Positions 47,585 to 54,874 of a stretch of 56,449 bases of DNA are shown one piece after another. Position numbers and translations under genes: made by a program. Under the pieces are notes generated by a model, which saw nothing but the letters and a program-made list of their open reading frames with translations, had not been told where the DNA came from and did not search any database. Source of the DNA: Candidatus Omnitrophota bacterium (GTDB taxonomy: Bacteria > Omnitrophota > JACPQZ01); NCBI GenBank assembly GCA_016190205.1, contig JACPQZ010000033.1, forward strand, positions 1 through 56,449, read 5' to 3'. Position 1 is the stretch's first letter; the number at the start of each line of letters is the position of its first letter.

Positions 47585-49743
47585 AGCACATCAGAAGTAA
47601 CTGGTTTTGGGCGTCGGTAGTACTCGTAGCGATGTATTGGCCTGCCCGAAAGATTTCCGCACTGGACGGGTTGCCCTTGGACCGCGGCTGGGAAGCAGTC
47701 CTCCTCGGCATGCTCCTGCCCGTTCTCTTATGGTTCCATTCCGTTTTTCTGCGAAAGTCGTGGGTGAAAGCGCTGATAGCGGGCTTGCTGGTTCTTAAGC
47801 TGTGCATGTCGTTCTTTTTGACACAAGCGGGATGGTGCGGCCGGATCATAGGTCCGGATTACAGGGATGCGGATACGCTCATTGTTGAAAAAAGCTGGGA
47901 CGTGCGTGCCGATTGGCGCTCTAAGGAGCCGCGGTGTTCTGCGGTGATAGACCGTCCCTACTTGGATGGCCCTGGTTTTCCGGTTTGGTTTTCGAATCTG
48001 TCACGCGGCACCCGTAAAGAGCCTCTTTCAACCTACACCATGGAGGTGGAGGGTTTTATTGCTCCCCGGCAGGCCGGTGAGCTCTCTTTCAAGATAGGGC
48101 CCGACATGCTCTTAGAAGGGAGGGTTGGTTCCCATTCGGTTGGCCAAGGTAAGGGTGGCGCGCCGGGGGTCTGGATTGAGCCGGGGGTGCATCCTGTTCT
48201 ACTTGAGATCGTTTTGACGGGTTCTTCTTGGCGCTTCGAGCCTCTCTGGAATGGCGGCGATATGTGGCGGGAAGTTGATACGACCGTCAAACAGCCAAAC
48301 CGGCTGGATCGCATGCTCTCGAAACCCCTCGGTTTTATAGTGCTCGTCTGGGTGTGGGTCATTCTTGCCCTTTGGCTAAGGTCCGCTTTTAGGGTTTATC
48401 GGCCGGCTCCCGCATTCTTGACCTGGGTTCTGGGCGCGTCTTTTGTGATGGCGCTCATCGGTTGGATGGAGACTCACAGCGTCGGCAGTGTGCACCTTCC
48501 CCGCCTCGCCATTTTGCTGTTGCTGGGCTGTTTGGGTATTCCAGCCGCCTTACCGTTGCGCAATCTCCGAGGGGCATTTTTGCTGGTGGGCGTGCCGTGG
48601 TTGAGTTTTTCGGTTGCGAGGTCATTGGACCTGATTGGTAAGGTCTCATTTTACCCGTCGGGGGACGACTGGTTTGCGTTTCAATGGTTTGCCCACCAGA
48701 TTTTCATGGAAGGCCGGTGGCTGGAGGGCGGGGAACCGGTCTTTCAGGTGCAGCCGCTCTACCGTTGGGTGGTAGGTCTGCTGCATTTGGTTTTTGGTGA
48801 TTCGAGCGTCGGGGAATTATATTGGGACTCCATAGGCCTTTTGATCATGTCGTTATTCGCCTTCCATGTAGTTAAGAAGTTTTCTGGTTTTAAACCGGGT
48901 CTGTTCGCACTGGTTGTCACGCTGGCCACCTTCGTGATCGGACCTGTTTGGGCCGTTATCGGCAGAGGCCTCGCGGATATATCGGGCGCCGCGTTCGCCT
49001 ATCTTGCGTGCTTCTGGCTCCTCCGGTCACGCCTTAGGGATCCGCGCGGGGTGGTTCTGGCCGGTTTCTTTGCAGTGCTCGCGTTTTACACGCGGCTAAA
49101 CCACCTGCCGTTTGTCATTGCCATAGGCGTCCTGGTATGGCCGCTTTCCGTTCCTGCCGAGAGATGGATCCACCCGCGTCACATGCTTCGATACACGTCT
49201 GTCGGCCCTTTTATTCTGTACGAGCTCTTGATCGCTGCCGGGGTTGCCCTTTTCGCGCTCAGGACGTGGCATTATACAGGGGTGTTTAGTGTGATGCATG
49301 GTACGATAGCAGGATATCACTGGATGGAATTGGCTCCAGCCGCGATTCTTCCCGGAGAGATTTTGCACAAAATTCTTATTAATGTGCTCCGGGTGGTTTC
49401 GGTGCATGGCATGCCCGGCCGGAGCCTGTTAGAAGATCCCCGCGGGGTGCTGGTCATGCTGGGTGCCTTCTCTGCGTTGCTGGCTGTGCTGCGCGTCCCC
49501 GGCCCGCGGCGCCTGCCGCTGGGTCCGTGTGTCGTATGCCTTGGAGCCATTGTGTTTTCGCTTTATTTAGTTGGACGTGCTTATCCTGGGCGGTTTTCCA
49601 TTCACCTGATTCCAGCTGCTACGGCTTTGGCGGTATGTACGCTGTCCCTGGTGTTCAATGACCTCAAGACGTGGATAGGCATGGCAGGGTCCCTTCTGGA
49701 AAAGAAAGATAGGTCCGCTAAACTGCTGCAAATGAGGCGGTGA
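47581..49743 (+). CDS. Large multi-pass membrane protein with PA14-like extracytoplasmic segment, putative GT-C glycosyltransferase
   Basis: Many TM segments; beta-rich YTMEVEGFIAPRQAG...EPGVHPV segment; acidic GDDW loop followed by QPLYRW; adjacent to a GtrB-like GT2. Confidence 0.6.
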   Translation: MKHIRSNWFWASVVLVAMYWPARKISALDGLPLDRGWEAVLLGMLLPVLLWFHSVFLRKSWVKALIAGLLVLKLCMSFFLTQAGWCGRIIGPDYRDADTLIVEKSWDVRADWRSKEPRCSAVIDRPYLDGPGFPVWFSNLSRGTRKEPLSTYTMEVEGFIAPRQAGELSFKIGPDMLLEGRVGSHSVGQGKGGAPGVWIEPGVHPVLLEIVLTGSSWRFEPLWNGGDMWREVDTTVKQPNRLDRMLSKPLGFIVLVWVWVILALWLRSAFRVYRPAPAFLTWVLGASFVMALIGWMETHSVGSVHLPRLAILLLLGCLGIPAALPLRNLRGAFLLVGVPWLSFSVARSLDLIGKVSFYPSGDDWFAFQWFAHQIFMEGRWLEGGEPVFQVQPLYRWVVGLLHLVFGDSSVGELYWDSIGLLIMSLFAFHVVKKFSGFKPGLFALVVTLATFVIGPVWAVIGRGLADISGAAFAYLACFWLLRSRLRDPRGVVLAGFFAVLAFYTRLNHLPFVIAIGVLVWPLSVPAERWIHPRHMLRYTSVGPFILYELLIAAGVALFALRTWHYTGVFSVMHGTIAGYHWMELAPAAILPGEILHKILINVLRVVSVHGMPGRSLLEDPRGVLVMLGAFSALLAVLRVPGPRRLPLGPCVVCLGAIVFSLYLVGRAYPGRFSIHLIPAATALAVCTLSLVFNDLKTWIGMAGSLLEKKDRSAKLLQMRR

Positions 49744-49750
49744 AGCCGGG

Positions 49751-50704
49751 ATGAGAGATCACGAACGAGGGAAAACCATTTCAGTTGTCGTCCCCTGTTA
49801 CAACGATGAGCAGGTCTTGGGGCAGCTGGTGGGGCGTCTGAAACCTGTGTTGGACTCCAGCTCCTTTCCTTGGGAAATTCTCCTGGTGAATGACGGAAGC
49901 CGGGACGAGACATGGCGCACCATATTGGAACTGGGCCAAAGGGAGGAGCGGGTCAGAGGGATTGATCTCTCGCGCAACTTTGGGCACCAGATCGCCGTGA
50001 CCGCCGGCTTAGATTTCTGCGAAGGCGATTGCGCCGTCGTGATGGACTCCGATCTGCAGGATCCACCGGAGCTGATCCCGGAGCTTCTCAAGAAGTGGCA
50101 GGAGGGTTTTGAAATCGTCTATGCGGTGCATGAAGAGAGGCAGGATTCTTTTCTGAAAAGATTGGGCGCGGGCGCTTTTTATTGGCTTCTGAAAAAGTTA
50201 TCCGGCACCCCGCTCCCTCATCAGGCCGGAGATTTCAGGCTGATGGGGCGGCCGGTGGTAGAGGCGTTGAGACGCATCCGTGAGCGGCATCGATATATCA
50301 GGGGGCTCACGTTCTGGACAGGTTTTAAGACAGCCTCGGTCTCTTACACGCGCACCCAAAGTCTGCGGGGAGGGTCCGGCTATACATTTAAAAAGCTGGT
50401 CCGCCTGGGCATGGATGCCATCGCCTCTTTTTCCGTAATCCCCTTGAGGATCTCGTTTTTTATCGGGCTTTTTATCTTCATCCTTTCGATTGTCTGCGCG
50501 GCGCTCATCATCTTCTTCAAGATATTTTATGGCATTCCCTATCGCGGCTGGACTTCGCTTTTCGTGGGCCTCACGTTTTTCAGCGGGGTCCAGCTTCTGG
50601 TGCTGGGCGTCCTGGGCGAGTATATGGGGAGAATTTACGAGGAGGTCAAGGGGCGTCCGCTCTATTTTATTCAGGATGTGCTGCGAGTTGAAACGAAATA
50701 CTGA
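49751..50704 (+). CDS. GtrB/ArnC-like undecaprenyl-phosphate glycosyltransferase (GT2)
   Basis: VVPCYND, NDGSRD, SRNFGHQIA, MDSDLQDPP, GDFRLM, two C-terminal TM helices, GEYMGRIYEEVKGRPLY. Confidence 0.93.
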   Translation: MRDHERGKTISVVVPCYNDEQVLGQLVGRLKPVLDSSSFPWEILLVNDGSRDETWRTILELGQREERVRGIDLSRNFGHQIAVTAGLDFCEGDCAVVMDSDLQDPPELIPELLKKWQEGFEIVYAVHEERQDSFLKRLGAGAFYWLLKKLSGTPLPHQAGDFRLMGRPVVEALRRIRERHRYIRGLTFWTGFKTASVSYTRTQSLRGGSGYTFKKLVRLGMDAIASFSVIPLRISFFIGLFIFILSIVCAALIIFFKIFYGIPYRGWTSLFVGLTFFSGVQLLVLGVLGEYMGRIYEEVKGRPLYFIQDVLRVETKY

Positions 50705-50747
50705 TCCCATAGCAACACCGCCGTCAGCCCTTTCGGAATCTTTCCGA

Positions 50748-51407
50748 ATGGAGCTCTTCAAGGCGATGGTGTCCCACGCCTCACGTGACGAGAGACGGCT
50801 GCGCGAGCTTTTTGCCTGGCTTAAGGAGCGGCGGGCGCAGACCGCGATCCGAAGCCGCAGGGTATCGCTCTCGGAGGTGATGGAGCACCGTTTTGGAGCG
50901 AGAACGGTTACGGACGATAGAATTAAGGACTGCGTGGCCCTGGTGAAAACGGTGCTTCACGAGAGAGAAGTTCGCGAGTGGGCCCAGCCCCTCATGTTTA
51001 GTCCGGTCGAGCATCTCTGCGGATTGATTCTTAAGAAAGCGGGCGGAGACTATTACGGTCTGATGCAGGCGGTGGAGGAGCCCGGCATCATCGGCAGCTG
51101 CCAGGTGGGTCCTACCGTGCAGACCGATATCATGCCCAACGCGGGCAAGGGTGTCCGTCAGAACTACCTGCCCCTTTTTGACAATCCTAGAAACGGAACG
51201 CTTCTTTTCGATGGCGTGCAGTCGGAGGAAGGTGGACGGTTCTTTAGGGATAAAAAGAGATATAGGGCGATTTTGCTTTCTGCCAACGCCGTCACGCATC
51301 CGGAAGAGAGATACCGCTGGGTCCCCATGGGCTGCCTGAAGCGGGCGCTCTCCCGCGAAAACACCGTCAACATGTATGTGCGCACTTTTATGGCCATGCT
51401 CCTGTGA
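50748..51407 (+). CDS. NDP-hexose 2,3-dehydratase family, single domain (resembles the C-terminal half)
   Basis: REVREWAQPL, LMQAVEEPG, GPTVQ, QSEEGGRFF; start may instead be TTG 50688. Confidence 0.75.
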   Translation: MELFKAMVSHASRDERRLRELFAWLKERRAQTAIRSRRVSLSEVMEHRFGARTVTDDRIKDCVALVKTVLHEREVREWAQPLMFSPVEHLCGLILKKAGGDYYGLMQAVEEPGIIGSCQVGPTVQTDIMPNAGKGVRQNYLPLFDNPRNGTLLFDGVQSEEGGRFFRDKKRYRAILLSANAVTHPEERYRWVPMGCLKRALSRENTVNMYVRTFMAMLL

Positions 51408-51423
51408 GCTGGGGTGAACCCTG

Positions 51424-52467
51424 ATGCGGTCCGATGATTCCAAATTTCGCTACGGGATCCTGGGGTGCGGGGCGGCCGCCGCCAGGCTCGTGATCCCGGC
51501 CTTAAAGGACTGCGGTCGCGCAGAGCTTGCCTTTGTTGCCAGCCGCGACCCCAAGAGGGCCCAGGCGTACGCAGAGCGGTTCGGCTGTGGCCACGCGTCG
51601 TCGTACGAAGCGCTCTTAAGGATGGAGGAGATTGACATCGTATACGTAGCCTTACCCATCCGACTGCACGGTGAATGGACACAGCGTGCGCTCAAGGCGG
51701 GAAAGCATGTACACTGTGAAAAATCTCTTGCACCGTCACTAGGGGAAGTGGATCAGATTTTGGAATGCGCTCGCGAAAATGAGAGGCGGGTACTGGAGGG
51801 GTTCATGTACCGCTTCCACTCTCTTTTCCAGAGGGTACGGCAGGTGGTTCGGTCTGGTGAGATCGGCGCCCTCAAAAGTTATGTGGGCAGCTTTGGTTTC
51901 TCTCTTCCCGCCGGGGACTCCCTGCGGCGTGATCCCCAGATGGGGATGGGCATCCTGAATGAGGTGGGCTGCTACCCGGTGTCCGCCGCCCGGCTTTTTT
52001 TCGATTCAGAGCCTTTATCTGTAGTCTGCCATTTAGGGTATGAGTCTGGTGTCGATTTCTCCGGCAGCGCAACCCTTGAGTTTGCTTCCGGGGGCAGCGC
52101 CTATTGTGCGTTCGGTTACGACCGTTCCTATCGTTGTTCCTATTCCCTTTGGGGAACGAAGGGGCATGTTTCCGTTGATCGGGCTTTCACCACGCCCCCC
52201 ACGCTTGAGCCGTTGGTTCATGTGGAGCGGATGGGCCGGAGTGAGGAACTGAAGCTGCCTGCCGAAAACCACTTCAGCAAGATGATTGATGCCTTCTGTA
52301 TCGAGATTCAATCGGACAGTGGGCGAGGGCATTTTGAGGAGGAGGCGCTCCGTCAGGCGAAGGTGATGGAGGCCCTCCGTCTGTCCGCCCGCCAGGGGGG
52401 AAAGGTCGATTTGAAGGACGTGATACCGGTTTGCGCAAGCCAGAGAGGTTTAAGAGGATCCCTATGA
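51424..52467 (+). CDS. Gfo/Idh/MocA oxidoreductase, NDP-hexose 3-ketoreductase (KijD10-like)
   Basis: GILGCG, VASRD, HVHCEKSL, EGFMYRFH, GCYPV, DRAFTTPP; lies between two 2,3-dehydratase domains. Confidence 0.82.
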   Translation: MRSDDSKFRYGILGCGAAAARLVIPALKDCGRAELAFVASRDPKRAQAYAERFGCGHASSYEALLRMEEIDIVYVALPIRLHGEWTQRALKAGKHVHCEKSLAPSLGEVDQILECARENERRVLEGFMYRFHSLFQRVRQVVRSGEIGALKSYVGSFGFSLPAGDSLRRDPQMGMGILNEVGCYPVSAARLFFDSEPLSVVCHLGYESGVDFSGSATLEFASGGSAYCAFGYDRSYRCSYSLWGTKGHVSVDRAFTTPPTLEPLVHVERMGRSEELKLPAENHFSKMIDAFCIEIQSDSGRGHFEEEALRQAKVMEALRLSARQGGKVDLKDVIPVCASQRGLRGSL

Positions 52468-53258
52468 AGATTGAGATGCCACCACCGAGGGAAACCGTGG
52501 ACGAAATGAGGAAGCAAGTGCTCCGATCCATTGGCAGGACTGAAGCGGAAGTCAAAAGAGACGCTGCGCTGGGGCTCAAGGTAGACTTTTTTCTCTCCTC
52601 AATCACCCCCTTCAGTAAATTTATGACTTTGGAGGAGATCGTCGCCTGGTTGACCCGTTTCCGCGAGACGAGCCAAAACAGCGTGGAGCGGATCGGAATC
52701 AGGGATCTTGAGAAATGGCGTGTCGAAGAGGGAACGGGGAACATCCGCCACGAATCTGGAAAATTCTTTTCCATCGAGGGCGTGCGCATCCAAATGAAAA
52801 ATCGTGAGGTCGCCTCTTGGTGCCAGCCGATTATCAACCAGCCCGAGGTGGGTATTTTGGGGATTATCGTGAAAAAGATTGACGGGCTTTATTATTTTCT
52901 CATGCAGGCCAAGACCGAGCCGGGCAACATTGACGGTTATCTGATCTCCCCAACGGTACAGGCAACCAAGAGCAATTATACTAAGGTGCACGGCGGCAGA
53001 TTTCCTCCTTTCGTTGAGTTCTTCCTCAACCGCCGCAAAGATGGGCGAAGGAGCATTTACGAAGGATTGCAATCAGAGGAAGGAGCGCGGTTTTGGAAGA
53101 AAAACAACCTGAACGTCATACTGGAAGTGGACGAGGGAGAATTCGATGAGATCCCGCCGGAGTTCTGCTGGATGACGCTTTATCAGCTTAAACAGCTTCT
53201 GTTGCGAGACAACTTCGTGAACGTCTGCGCGCGAAGCGTTCTCTCGTGCCTGCCGTGA
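52464..53258 (+). CDS. NDP-hexose 2,3-dehydratase family, single domain (resembles the N-terminal half)
   Basis: HESGKFFSIEG, WCQPIINQPEVGILG, FLMQAKTEPGN, SPTVQATKSNY, QSEEGARF, ARSVLSCLP; ATG 52464. Confidence 0.88.
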   Translation: MKIEMPPPRETVDEMRKQVLRSIGRTEAEVKRDAALGLKVDFFLSSITPFSKFMTLEEIVAWLTRFRETSQNSVERIGIRDLEKWRVEEGTGNIRHESGKFFSIEGVRIQMKNREVASWCQPIINQPEVGILGIIVKKIDGLYYFLMQAKTEPGNIDGYLISPTVQATKSNYTKVHGGRFPPFVEFFLNRRKDGRRSIYEGLQSEEGARFWKKNNLNVILEVDEGEFDEIPPEFCWMTLYQLKQLLLRDNFVNVCARSVLSCLP

Positions 53259-54007
53259 AAGATAAGCGCCCTCTCTTGCTCGCTGTCATTCCGGCCCGGG
53301 GTGGATCGAAAGGGCTCCCCGGCAAGAACATGCGTTCCTTTGCCGGGCTTCCGCTGATTGCTCATTCGATCCTCTTCGCGAGGATGTGCCCTGAGATTGA
53401 GCGTACGATTGTCTCCACAGATTCGGCCGGCATACGGGACGCGGCGTTGCGTTACGACGCGGACATTCCCTTTTTAAGGCCCGCTCCGTTGGCTCAGGAT
53501 GACACCCCGATGTGGCCCGTTTTGCGGCATGCCCTGGCCGAGACGGAAAGGGAGGAGGGACGCTCGTATGAGTTCCTGCTCTTGTTGGATCCGACCTCGC
53601 CTGCAAGGGAACCCGCAGATATACGCGAGGCCCTTAAGCGCCTGCGGTCGAACACAGAGGCGAGCGGTATCATTGGGGTTTCCGAGCCCAGTTTCAACCC
53701 CCTATGGCACTGTGTCGTGGAGGAGGGCGGATGGATGAGAGATCTTGTTCCTGGGGCGGGGGAGTTTGCTCGCCGGCAGGACGTCCCGCGCGTATTCAGG
53801 GTGAACGGTTCCCTCTATATCTGGCGGACAGAATTTGTGCGGAAGGTCGAGGATTCCTGGAAAAACCGCGGGCGATATCTGATATATGAAATCCCCGAAA
53901 TACGGGCCATGTCTATCGACGATGCCTTTCAATTCGAACAGGCGGAGCTTTTGGTCAAGCAGGGAATGATCAGGTTTCCCTGGCTGTGCGAGGCGAAGGC
54001 CGTCTGA
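53255..54007 (+). CDS. neuA: Acylneuraminate (nonulosonic acid) cytidylyltransferase
   Basis: IPARGGSKGLPGKN, VSTD, FLRP..LAQD, PTSP, RRQD, NGSLY, SIDD; GTG 53255. Confidence 0.88.
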   Translation: MKDKRPLLLAVIPARGGSKGLPGKNMRSFAGLPLIAHSILFARMCPEIERTIVSTDSAGIRDAALRYDADIPFLRPAPLAQDDTPMWPVLRHALAETEREEGRSYEFLLLLDPTSPAREPADIREALKRLRSNTEASGIIGVSEPSFNPLWHCVVEEGGWMRDLVPGAGEFARRQDVPRVFRVNGSLYIWRTEFVRKVEDSWKNRGRYLIYEIPEIRAMSIDDAFQFEQAELLVKQGMIRFPWLCEAKAV

Positions 54008-54810
54008 TGCAGACCGTGGCCCAGCTCATGGATCTTTCGGGGCGGAAGGCGCTCATCACGGGCGGCGCGGGCCATATCGGTCTCGCGGCCGCAGAGACCC
54101 TGCTCGAGCTGGGGGCCCGGGTGGCGGTATTGGACCTGGATCGTCAAGCCTGTGAGAAGAGGGTTGAGGAGCTATCCCGTTTTAAAAGTTCAAGGGCTGT
54201 TGCGATCCCCTGCAATCTCACGGATGAAGCCTCCACGCGGGGCGCTGTCCGCGACTGTGTTGAGCGGCTGAAGGGTTTGGATATCCTGATCCATTGTGCG
54301 GCCTATGTCGGAACCACGGAGGTGCCCGGTTGGGCTGTGCCATTTGAAGAGCAGGCGGTCTCCGCCTGGGATGCCGCGCTGCGCGTGAACCTCACGTCGG
54401 CATTTATCTTGGTGCAGGAGGCCCGCGAGGCATTAAGCGCCTCGGGCCACGGTTCCGTAATCGTCCTGGCTTCTATCTATGGATCGGTGGGACCCGACAT
54501 GCGCCTTTATGAGGGAACCCCCATGCAGAACCCGGTCGGCTATGCGGCCTCCAAGGGAGGGCTCATCCAGCTCACGAGGCACCTGGCCACTTTGCTCGCT
54601 CCGCAGGTGAGGGTCAATGCCATCTCTCCAGGGGGTGTCTGGCGTAATCAGCCCGAGGCCTTTCATGCGCGCTACTGCGCGCGGACTCCTCTCAAACGTA
54701 TGGCAAAGGAAGTGGACCTTAAAGGTGCCGTCGCTTATCTGGCTAGCGATCTTTCAAGTTATGTCACGGGTCATAATTTAACGGTAGATGGGGGATGGAC
54801 AGCATGGTAA
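54007..54810 (+). CDS. Classical SDR oxidoreductase (PtmA-like)
   Basis: ITGGAGHIG, SIYG..GPD..LY, YAASK, RVNAISPGG, VDGGWTAW; ATG 54007. Confidence 0.88.
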   Translation: MQTVAQLMDLSGRKALITGGAGHIGLAAAETLLELGARVAVLDLDRQACEKRVEELSRFKSSRAVAIPCNLTDEASTRGAVRDCVERLKGLDILIHCAAYVGTTEVPGWAVPFEEQAVSAWDAALRVNLTSAFILVQEAREALSASGHGSVIVLASIYGSVGPDMRLYEGTPMQNPVGYAASKGGLIQLTRHLATLLAPQVRVNAISPGGVWRNQPEAFHARYCARTPLKRMAKEVDLKGAVAYLASDLSSYVTGHNLTVDGGWTAW

Positions 54811-54874
54811 CCCCACCACCTGCATTTGCCCCGAATGAGAGCCGACAGTTCTCCTGCGTGGGGAGCACCTGAAT

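Noticed and set aside
50732-50748. Inverted repeat TTCGGAA-TCT-TTCCGAA as an operator
   Set aside because: Single occurrence, with no regulator or promoter evidence. It may lie within coding sequence if the gene starts at TTG 50688.
9823-51443. Other long minus-strand ORFs (for example 9823-10704, 13954-14859, 20915-21934, 41748-42644, 50781-51443)
   Set aside because: All fully overlap motif-bearing + strand genes and show no domain signatures.
54811-54874. Cobalamin riboswitch upstream of the B12 radical SAM gene
   Set aside because: The gap is only 64 bp and no B12-box was recognised. An Rfam/Infernal scan would be the definitive test.
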